From: a virus
Virus record (IMG/VR): IMGVR_UViG_3300027810_000002
Coordinates: 1-64,000 of that record
Reading direction: 5' to 3' (one strand)
Length of the DNA: 64,000 nucleotides
Made by a program: the position numbers and the translations under genes
In this document: in pieces, positions 34,042 to 41,953 of the stretch
How positions within the stretch are numbered: the first letter of the stretch is position 1
Layout: each line of letters begins with the position of its first letter
Notes under the pieces: generated by a model
Seen by the model: only the letters and a program-made list of their open reading frames with translations
What the model was told of the DNA's origin: nothing
Databases searched by the model: none

Positions 34042-36282
34042 TTATCCTAATGAAGATGTTAACATCCCAACGGCTGCTCCGTAATCTCCATCAGATTTTG
34101 ATAAGATTCCGTCTACAATTTCTTGTCCTTTAGCTTCGTCAAAATCATCTCCGAATGCTTTCTTTAAAATCGTGAATGCATATTCTTGAAATTCTTCGTC
34201 AGATTTAATTTCTGCTTCGTTAACTACTGATTCTTTAATACCGAATTCTTTAGCTAACATAGTTTGTACGTCTCCAACGTTTGCACCAGATATTTCCATA
34301 CCTTCCGTGTCGTTTGCTGCGAAATCTTCAGGTTGAGCGTATACAAATTTAAGTAATAAATCTTCGACGTCGTTTATGTCTTTTTTATTTTTATTGTAAA
34401 CATCTTTTAATTCTTTCATAGTAACTGAAAGACCTAAGGCACCGTGCTCATCAGAATCAATATCTAATTGAAATAATTCTTTAGCTTCGTTAACTACTGA
34501 TTCTTTAACAAATATTGCTTCTTTATCACTATATCCAGGTTCTAATGAAAGTCCGTGTTTTTTCATTAATGATTTATATTTATCAACGTTATTAATAAAT
34601 TCAATAGCAACGTCATCCATATCGCTTGGATCTGTATTTAGAAATCCTGTATAATCATCGTGTTTTTTATCAAATTGATAGTCTTTAGAAATCATTGCTA
34701 AGAACGCATTAACTTCTGATTTACCTTCAGTAACTACTGCTTCATTGTATAAATGAACATAGTTGCTTCCTTTTTTAGAATAAACTGATTCGATTTTAAA
34801 AGATCCGTCATTTTTACCGGCGTAATGTGCTCTAAAGAATAAATTATTATCAAGCTCTCCAAAGAAATGAGATAGTTTACCGATAAAGAATTCAGCGTTT
34901 GGATAAAGCTCTAAAACTTCTTCTTTTGTTTTCGCGTTTAAAACATCTCTATTAAAATCTTTTACGAATTTAGCTTCAGTAACTACTGATTCAAATGCTG
35001 GAACTAATCCTGAACCTTGGTAAAGATCTGCCATCATCCATTTTTTAGATTTTTCATCCCATAAGTATACGAATTCTGCTCCACCGTCTCTATCTGCGTC
35101 TTTTAAATAATTATCTATATTTTTAATAGATCCGGTAGTGTTTGCAGTACCGTCATTATAAAAGTTGATTTTAGAAATATCTGTAGATAAACCGCTATTA
35201 GCTCCTTTGCTAAGTACATCGTCTACATTTTTACCGTTTTTAAAAGATTTCTTAATAATTGGTAACATGTTGTCTGGGTAAGAATCATAATGAGTATATA
35301 CTGAAGTAATATTTCCAGCCTTGTCTATTTTACCAAATTGACCTCTTGTTCCTTCGTTAAGAACCGTAGATTCATTAACTGTTACTGGGTACATTTTACC
35401 GTTAAATTCAAATTCTTCTAAATCTTCTTCAATCGCTTTAGCTCTTGCTCCTAAAAATGCATTACGCTCTTCTAGTTTAGTAGTTTCATCAGTAACTGTA
35501 ATTAGTTCAACTTCATTTGATTCGTTTAGTTTAGAATCTAAATCAATTCTAACATCTTCTCCTTCGAATGCTTGGTTAAACTGATTGACTGCAGCTTGTC
35601 CCATTCCTTCTTGTTTAATCTGCTCTAAGTAAAGTGCAGTTCCTTCAACAATTCCTTGACCTCCCCAGCCAGCAGCATTTGCTATGTCTGAATAATATTT
35701 GTCTAATATAGTTTTAATTGTTGCAGGTCCAATTTTAATAAAGTGACCTCCTAATCCGGCCATTTTAATTTCTAAAGGTTTAATGTTTCCTTTAATCATT
35801 TTAGAAACTGGTAGTGCTTCTCTATGGAAGTTTGCATCAACCATCGCTTCGTGCATTAAATACTTAATACATCCTAAAATAGATTCACTAGACATTGCTC
35901 CTAAATCTACTAATACTTTGTTAAATATTTTATTATATACAGTTACAACTTTCTTAGCGTCTCTTTTACCTTCAACTTTAATAGCTTCAGTAATTTCTTC
36001 AACTTCTTCTTCATCACTAACAACAGGCACATCATCTTCTGATTCTGAATTATCTGATTCTTCTTCAGAAATTTCTCCAAATAATTGTGAAATTATAGCT
36101 GTTTTTTGTTCTTCGTCTAATCCTTCTAGTGAAGTGATTTCCATTGAATCTAATATAGATGCAATTTTTGTGGATAGTTCTTCTCTTTTAGTGTTGTTTT
36201 CTACTGCTAACTTAATTGTTGCTTCATGTGCTAACACATCTGAGAAAGACTTAAAAGATTTGATTTTATTCATTTCTGCCAT
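34042..36282 (-). CDS. Putative virion-packaged polyprotein (746 aa) with repeated protease-site linkers
   Basis: N-terminus KIKSFKSF; linkers ESTVLNEG, ESVVTEA, EAVVTEG, ESVVNEA x2; late motif at 36317-36324. Confidence 0.65.
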   Translation of the reverse strand: MAEMNKIKSFKSFSDVLAHEATIKLAVENNTKREELSTKIASILDSMEITSLEGLDEEQKTAIISQLFGEISEEESDNSESEDDVPVVSDEEEVEEITEAIKVEGKRDAKKVVTVYNKIFNKVLVDLGAMSSESILGCIKYLMHEAMVDANFHREALPVSKMIKGNIKPLEIKMAGLGGHFIKIGPATIKTILDKYYSDIANAAGWGGQGIVEGTALYLEQIKQEGMGQAAVNQFNQAFEGEDVRIDLDSKLNESNEVELITVTDETTKLEERNAFLGARAKAIEEDLEEFEFNGKMYPVTVNESTVLNEGTRGQFGKIDKAGNITSVYTHYDSYPDNMLPIIKKSFKNGKNVDDVLSKGANSGLSTDISKINFYNDGTANTTGSIKNIDNYLKDADRDGGAEFVYLWDEKSKKWMMADLYQGSGLVPAFESVVTEAKFVKDFNRDVLNAKTKEEVLELYPNAEFFIGKLSHFFGELDNNLFFRAHYAGKNDGSFKIESVYSKKGSNYVHLYNEAVVTEGKSEVNAFLAMISKDYQFDKKHDDYTGFLNTDPSDMDDVAIEFINNVDKYKSLMKKHGLSLEPGYSDKEAIFVKESVVNEAKELFQLDIDSDEHGALGLSVTMKELKDVYNKNKKDINDVEDLLLKFVYAQPEDFAANDTEGMEISGANVGDVQTMLAKEFGIKESVVNEAEIKSDEEFQEYAFTILKKAFGDDFDEAKGQEIVDGILSKSDGDYGAAVGMLTSSLG
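34214..34996 (-). repeat. Dispersed 20-32 bp repeat encoding E[SA]VV[NT]E[AG] in the 746-aa gene
   Basis: gcttcgttaactactgattctttaa identical at 34214 and 34484; variants at 34724 and 34973. Confidence 0.85.
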
Positions 36283-36324
36283 TTTATTAAATTTATTTTA
36301 TGTTTTACTTGTTTAATATATATC

Positions 36325-37824
36325 TCATTCAAAAGAGACTCTTTTAATATTATAATCAAACTTCTCTTGTTTGTATATTGATTGCCTTGCTTTTCCGTGT
36401 TTCCATAGATAATTATCCCACTCCTGTGTTCTAATATTATCTACAAAATCTACTATTAATACCTTGTCCTTTGACTCATGTTGTCTTAAACCACGTCCAA
36501 TTGACTGTCTTATTATTACCTCCGACTTGAACGATTCAGTAAAGAATATACTATGGATTTTTTTAATGGATATACCTGTTGAAAACGTACCATAACTCGC
36601 GACAATAACGACTTCATCGCCTGCTTCCATTTTTTTCTTATACTCTTCTCTAATATCTTTATCTGTCCCACCATCAACATAAAAAACTCTTTTGCTGCTT
36701 TCCTGTCTAAGCTTTTCATATAACCTTTTACCATGTTCAATCCTGTGGAAAAGAACAAGGGAATTCCGGGGTACTCTACTAATAACACTTGAAACAAAGT
36801 CAAGGCGAGCCTCGCTAGTAATGACAAAGTTTTGTTCAAGCGAAAATACATCTTTTCTATCATATTTATTTTGTGCTAATTCTTGGAATGCAAGTCTTTG
36901 CTTATCTGTTGCATAATTCATTTCAATTACCTTAACTACGCATTTTGCGATATGCCCTTGGTTTTGTAAAAAGTTTGCCTTGACTTCGCTAATAACTGGG
37001 CCAGTCTGGCTCATTAATGTTAACTTGTCCAATGTTCCTTCTTTAGGAATTGTTCCAGACAAACCAAATTTGTATTGTGCACTAGTACATTTCTGTAAAA
37101 TTGTCTTTATTGAATTACTCTTTGCTTTATGTGTTTCATCAACAAGTACTGCATCGAACTGTGCAAAGTATTCAGCGTTCTTTTTTACTAACGACTGATA
37201 CGTTCCAATAATAATATTTTTATTTGATTTGATTTTTTGACCTGCAAAGATTTGTTGAATCTTTAACGGTACTTTATTCATGTAATTATAGTCATGAAAA
37301 TCTTCGTGTGCCTGTAATACTAATGAAACATTAGGTACAATCATTAAGATTTTTTCAGCCTTTCCTTTTTCTAACATATATGCTATAGTTAGGAAACTGA
37401 TCAGTGTCTTACCTGCGGACGTAGCAAGCTCCGCTAGACACTTTCTAAATTTAAGTATATTATATGCTGTTTCAATTTGATAATCTCTAGGTGTAATCTC
37501 AGCTCCTTTAAAAAAGTCAAGTGCCCATTTTTCAAATGTCTCTGCATTTATATTAGGATCTATTAAACGTTTGATTCCGTTCATTTCAATCTCTAAATTA
37601 TAGTCTTTGCATATTTGTAAAACATGACGCCATAATCCGGCTGGAATCCATTTGTCATCTTTTATATAAGATACATATCCATCCCAAACTCCTCGCTTTA
37701 CTAACGGGTTAAATCTCCAGCTCTCGATTCTTTTCGTGAGGGAGATTGTAATTTGTTCTAATTCAAGTTCAGTTGCATCATCAATTCTTAAGAACTGATT
37801 ATCATCTGTTAATGTGAGTATCAA
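36325..37824 (-). CDS. uvsW: SF2 DNA helicase UvsW
   Basis: PRDYQ, LATSAGKT, DETH, GLSGT, QSIGRGLR. Confidence 0.95.
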   Translation of the reverse strand: MILTLTDDNQFLRIDDATELELEQITISLTKRIESWRFNPLVKRGVWDGYVSYIKDDKWIPAGLWRHVLQICKDYNLEIEMNGIKRLIDPNINAETFEKWALDFFKGAEITPRDYQIETAYNILKFRKCLAELATSAGKTLISFLTIAYMLEKGKAEKILMIVPNVSLVLQAHEDFHDYNYMNKVPLKIQQIFAGQKIKSNKNIIIGTYQSLVKKNAEYFAQFDAVLVDETHKAKSNSIKTILQKCTSAQYKFGLSGTIPKEGTLDKLTLMSQTGPVISEVKANFLQNQGHIAKCVVKVIEMNYATDKQRLAFQELAQNKYDRKDVFSLEQNFVITSEARLDFVSSVISRVPRNSLVLFHRIEHGKRLYEKLRQESSKRVFYVDGGTDKDIREEYKKKMEAGDEVVIVASYGTFSTGISIKKIHSIFFTESFKSEVIIRQSIGRGLRQHESKDKVLIVDFVDNIRTQEWDNYLWKHGKARQSIYKQEKFDYNIKRVSFE

Positions 37825-37842
37825 TATTCATAATACTATTTT

Positions 37843-38274
37843 TTATAACTTAGACATGTCTAGGCGATTCTTTATTGCAAAGCCCATATTGTCTAAGGTT
37901 TTCACAGTGCCTTCAAAAAAGGCTTTCTGTGATTCTAGTAATTCTAGCAGTTGATTGTCTTCTGCTAAATCTGCTAGTAAAAACTTTTCACGTTGTTTGT
38001 CTGTTAGTTTATAATCATAACTATAATACTCAATCCACTTTGTTTTATATTTCTGGTCAACTGTGGTTTTTTGGGAGCGTATTCTAATCGACATTGACGT
38101 TAAGCTTTCAATTAATATCTGTCTATAACTTAAAGAGTAAGAGCTAACTTGTTCTAAATTATTACCTAATTTTAAATCTTCAGTTAGTGCTTTGATTTTA
38201 TCTGTCCATTCTAATCTCTGCTTTCCTAGATATTCATCTAGTTTTAGTATTTTACTTTTTAAGTCTGTTGCCAT
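37843..38274 (-). CDS. uvsY: Recombination mediator UvsY-like
   Basis: Helical 143 aa ending in LDNMGFAIKNRLD; adjacent to uvsW. Confidence 0.7.
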   Translation of the reverse strand: MATDLKSKILKLDEYLGKQRLEWTDKIKALTEDLKLGNNLEQVSSYSLSYRQILIESLTSMSIRIRSQKTTVDQKYKTKWIEYYSYDYKLTDKQREKFLLADLAEDNQLLELLESQKAFFEGTVKTLDNMGFAIKNRLDMSKL

Positions 38275-38284
38275 TTATTGTATT

Positions 38285-38506
38285 TTAAAATAATTGGTTT
38301 TTGTTAGTTTTAAAATTCTTTATATACACTGTCGTGTTAATTTTCTTTTTTAATTTCGGATCAGATATTACCATGTTCTTTTCATTATAATTAATAATTG
38401 AACTACTAAAGCTAATTAATTCTTTAATATTTTTTCTACGGTTTTTATCTTCTTCGAATTCTAAGAATTCCTCATCGATCATATCGATTACATTATTTTT
38501 TATCAT
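38285..38506 (-). CDS. Hypothetical protein (ends NQLF)
   Basis: 73-aa ORF coupled to the primase. Confidence 0.5.
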   Translation of the reverse strand: MIKNNVIDMIDEEFLEFEEDKNRRKNIKELISFSSSIINYNEKNMVISDPKLKKKINTTVYIKNFKTNKNQLF

Positions 38507-39630
38507 AGGTAAAATGCATCTAGTTTTGAGTTACTAAAATACTTTGAAAGATCTTTAATACAGTTATCTTTTAAATAATATGCAACTCTAACCAGGTCAT
38601 TTAAATCACCTAATTCTTTAGGATATTTATCTCTGTTATTTTTGTCAATAGATTCCAACCATTTATCATACCTTAAGTCTAATCTGGTGTCATCTAAAAA
38701 CTTAGTCCACATAAATATCTCTTTGCCTCTTCGAAGCTTTTCCATCATCTTCTTTTTACCAGTAACATCATTGTCAAACATATAACGTATTGTAGGTATC
38801 TCATCAAACTCATCAGTAGATCTACCTGCAGTTGCTAGTCCAATACTATTTTGCATAAACATTGCATCAATAGGTCCTTCAAACATCGTTACCTGTCTTT
38901 GTAAATCAACTAATAAAACTCCGAATAGGGTTGATATTTTCTTTAGACTTATTAATTCATCTATAGAAACTCCCATATCCTTTTTCATTTCCTGATATAT
39001 TTTTTCAATATCATAAGTCAGATATCTAGCACTTTTATGTTTTGATAGGGCTCTAGTTTGAAATCCAATAACTTTACCGTTTGGCGCTAAATTAAGAACT
39101 ACCATCCTACGATCTTTAGGAGAATACATAAAGTTTTCTAACTTATGAGATAACATTCTACCTCTTAAATAGAAATAACCAGGATCTCCTGCTTCAATTT
39201 CTTTAAATCCAAAAGTGGCTTTAAGTTCATCTCTGGTTGGTGCTAAATCATATATCTTTTTAAATACATCATGTTCTAAGACTTCAACTGTTGATGCTGT
39301 TATCTTATGTTCTTGTATAAAATCAATAACTTTAATAGAATCTTCTCTATCCTGAAATCCAATGTGATGATCTTTTAATAAGCTATAAACGTCGCCGTGT
39401 TGGCTACAGTTAAAACAGTGATATTGTAAACTATCCCAATATATACTGCCTCTTTTCTTATAAGTATCATCGTGGCTGTCTCCGCAATAAGGGCATGCCA
39501 GGCTTAAACGGCCTGGCATTTCCTTAAGCATCCTTTTATTAGGGTCAGCATGTTGGGTTGTAACAACCTGTTTTACTAAACTTCTAATTTTAGATTTTAA
39601 TGATTCGTCTATCTTAGATGTCGAGGTCAT
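38503..39630 (-). CDS. gp61: DNA primase
   Basis: Zinc finger CPYCGDS...HCFNC; TOPRIM FEGPIDAMF, FDND, DLND. Confidence 0.93.
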   Translation of the reverse strand: MTSTSKIDESLKSKIRSLVKQVVTTQHADPNKRMLKEMPGRLSLACPYCGDSHDDTYKKRGSIYWDSLQYHCFNCSQHGDVYSLLKDHHIGFQDREDSIKVIDFIQEHKITASTVEVLEHDVFKKIYDLAPTRDELKATFGFKEIEAGDPGYFYLRGRMLSHKLENFMYSPKDRRMVVLNLAPNGKVIGFQTRALSKHKSARYLTYDIEKIYQEMKKDMGVSIDELISLKKISTLFGVLLVDLQRQVTMFEGPIDAMFMQNSIGLATAGRSTDEFDEIPTIRYMFDNDVTGKKKMMEKLRRGKEIFMWTKFLDDTRLDLRYDKWLESIDKNNRDKYPKELGDLNDLVRVAYYLKDNCIKDLSKYFSNSKLDAFYL

Positions 39631-40528
39631 TCAAGAAAGAATCTAGATCATCACTGTCTTCTGTAGTAGATACAGGTACTGGTGATGGATTAGTATTCAT
39701 TGCTTCACTTCCTGCTGCAACCGCTACTTTAGCTTTAACTGGTGCTGCTTTTGGTTTTGAAGTAACAGTATCCATCGAGCTACCTGGATTCAGGTATTGT
39801 CTTAGGATTCCGTTAACGAAGTCTCTTGCATCTCCGTCCCAAGCTTTATATTCATAAGGCTCTAGTGATGGTGCAGCGTCTAGTTCAGCTTTAATAGTAG
39901 CCATAGACTCTTTACTTCTTTCTGCAGGCTCTCCTTCAATTGAGATTGCTGAGCGACTTGCTGAGAATTTAGATTTATCGTAGTTGTTATATTCACCTTG
40001 TCTTGTGATAATTAACTCAAAGTTTTTACCTTCAAATAGGTCAAATACTTGTGTTGGTTCACCAAAAGCTGGCTTTAATTCCTCATCGATCTTTTCTTTG
40101 ATCTTATAACCGAACTTGTATACCATATATTGGCCTTCCATTGCGGTATTTTGAGGGTCTTTTACTACTTTAATAAGTGCGTAGTATTGCTCACGTCTTT
40201 TAAGTTTCTCACTCATCTTACGGTCTACTGCTGAATCACTGTTACGTAATTTGAAAAATGATTCTGCAATCGGACAAGTTTCTCCAACAGAACTCGGTGA
40301 ATCGACTAATCGACCGTTACCTGAAGCATCTGTTAGCCAGTGTACGTATTTTTTAACTAATGAGTTACGTGGATTTGATGGATTTGGAACGAAACGTATT
40401 AACGCTTTGTAGGTTCCATCTTTACCTTGATCAGCACTAGGTTTGTAGATTACATCTGTCTTAGTGTTTTGTTGATCGTGTGTTTCGACGTCTGAGACGC
40501 CTAAATTGAAAATGTCAAAATCTGCCAT
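39614..40528 (-). CDS. gp32: Single-stranded DNA-binding protein
   Basis: ALIRFVP, CPI, KFGYKIKEKI, NYDKSKF, acidic tail DDLDSFLNDLDI. Confidence 0.93.
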   Translation of the reverse strand: MADFDIFNLGVSDVETHDQQNTKTDVIYKPSADQGKDGTYKALIRFVPNPSNPRNSLVKKYVHWLTDASGNGRLVDSPSSVGETCPIAESFFKLRNSDSAVDRKMSEKLKRREQYYALIKVVKDPQNTAMEGQYMVYKFGYKIKEKIDEELKPAFGEPTQVFDLFEGKNFELIITRQGEYNNYDKSKFSASRSAISIEGEPAERSKESMATIKAELDAAPSLEPYEYKAWDGDARDFVNGILRQYLNPGSSMDTVTSKPKAAPVKAKVAVAAGSEAMNTNPSPVPVSTTEDSDDLDSFLNDLDI

Positions 40529-40590
40529 GTCTTTAATTCTTTAATTCTTTAATTTGTTAAACTTTAAATTCTTTGATCGTTAATTCTTTC
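40529..40590 (-). promoter_or_regulatory. Putative gp32 translational operator (AAUUAAAG repeats)
   Basis: Three tandem AATTAAAG immediately before ACATG, with degenerate copies upstream; analogous to the UUAAA repeats of the T4 gene 32 operator. Confidence 0.6.
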
Positions 40591-40614
40591 GGTACCTTTA
40601 ATAAACTTTCATGT

Positions 40615-40644
40615 ATTATATAAGAGACTTTGTAAAAGTTTCAA
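40615..40644 (-). promoter_or_regulatory. TWGAAAC-N17-TATAAT promoter upstream of gp32
   Basis: TTGAAAC-17 nt-TATAAT. Confidence 0.72.
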
Positions 40645-40655
40645 ATATAATTAAA

Positions 40656-40844
40656 CTATATATCGAAATTATATAGAGCACCTTCCTCGTCAACAAAGTT
40701 CTTACCATCTGCTGATATACTAAGCCCGGCTTTCTCTAATATCTCTAAGCTTTCTTTTTTTGTTATTCGGTCAGTTGAGACCATCATGTCTAAAGTACGT
40801 TTTAAATCCATAAGGTTGTGGGATCCTATTTTATTGTTTTGCAT
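40656..40844 (-). CDS. Hypothetical protein
   Basis: 62-aa ORF with an A-rich leader. Confidence 0.5.
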   Translation of the reverse strand: MQNNKIGSHNLMDLKRTLDMMVSTDRITKKESLEILEKAGLSISADGKNFVDEEGALYNFDI

Positions 40845-40920
40845 TATTATTAAATTATTTTTGTTAGTTATGAAACTTTATACCCGAAGTACAGTATAAG
40901 TTATGTCTTTAAGCTGAAAG

Positions 40921-41571
40921 TTAGATATGGTTTAAAGTTTGAATATAAGAGTTCAAGAAGTAGGCATCCACCAAGTCATCAAAGGGTTTTGGAATCTTAG
41001 TTGTTTCACCGATTTCATTAACACAAAAAAGAAGGAAGTCAGAGTCTCTAATAATCTCGTCAGTTCCTGTTCCATTTTCAATAAAGACTTTCCATAACTG
41101 AGACTTGTTCATGTTACCTTTACCAGCATGCTTCTTTATTGTTGAAGGTGCTACTGTCTCAATTGTTATTGGATTAAAAGCTTCTAAAATCTTAAGTTTA
41201 AGTATTGCGGCACCAGCTGCCATATCAATGATATTATTAGTTCCTTGCTTTGAGCCGAAACTAGTTCCTTCAAATGCAAAAACAAATTGAGTTTCCCCCT
41301 TTGTAAGATCTTTAATAATTTTAATAATATCGTTTGCTGATGTGATATATCTGTTAATCTTACCTAATTCAACTGAAGAGTATTCTCCAACATTAGTAAA
41401 ATCAGGTTGCTCTTTTAAAATAACATCAGATAGTAATCCCATGTCTTCTTGTAACAGCTGTTGTTTTTTAGTTCCGGATTTCGGTTTTAAATAAGAAATA
41501 AAATGGTAAGTGTCTTTGAAAATACAAACACCTGGTGAATTTAATGAAAAGTCAATTGTTACGTATGTCAT
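40921..41571 (-). CDS. RuvC-like Holliday junction resolvase
   Basis: TIDFSLNSPG, FAFEG, VAPSTIKKHAGKGNMNK, DDLVDAYF RNase H-fold motifs. Confidence 0.82.
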   Translation of the reverse strand: MTYVTIDFSLNSPGVCIFKDTYHFISYLKPKSGTKKQQLLQEDMGLLSDVILKEQPDFTNVGEYSSVELGKINRYITSANDIIKIIKDLTKGETQFVFAFEGTSFGSKQGTNNIIDMAAGAAILKLKILEAFNPITIETVAPSTIKKHAGKGNMNKSQLWKVFIENGTGTDEIIRDSDFLLFCVNEIGETTKIPKPFDDLVDAYFLNSYIQTLNHI

Positions 41572-41940
41572 TTATAAAGCTTTACCGATAGCAGCACCTA
41601 AAGCGGCTCCGACTAGTCGTGAGGTTAACATATCATAAAATACTCCTTTTTGAATCCCTAATACTTTGGCAATAGTTTTACCAACGGTTTTACCAAGAGC
41701 AAATCCAGTTAATCCTCCAAATATAGAACCAAACATTCCTTCATTAGTCATTTCATCATTAAAAGATTTAATGTCGTAAGAACCATCTTCTAATTGGTAT
41801 TCTTTCGCAAATTCCTCTAATGCCGCATCAACTTTTTCTTCAAGTTCAGTTGTCCATTCAGATTGTAAAGACTCAGTTAATACACTAAGCTCTTTTTCAG
41901 TTATGTCTTGTTCCTTAATTAATTCTAAAAATGTTTTCAT
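41572..41940 (-). CDS. Late protein with an acidic propeptide and a glycine-zipper membrane segment
   Basis: MKTFLELIKE N-terminus, MTNE/G site, then GSIFGGLTGFALG...VGAALGAAIG; late motif at 41946-41953. Confidence 0.6.
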   Translation of the reverse strand: MKTFLELIKEQDITEKELSVLTESLQSEWTTELEEKVDAALEEFAKEYQLEDGSYDIKSFNDEMTNEGMFGSIFGGLTGFALGKTVGKTIAKVLGIQKGVFYDMLTSRLVGAALGAAIGKAL

Positions 41941-41953
41941 ATAAGTATATATC

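Noticed and set aside
25108-34996. The 20-32 bp repeats as a CRISPR array or diversity-generating retroelement
   Set aside because: Spacers are 220-360 bp, in frame and coding; the repeats are degenerate; no cas or reverse transcriptase gene and no adenine-specific TR/VR pair is visible.
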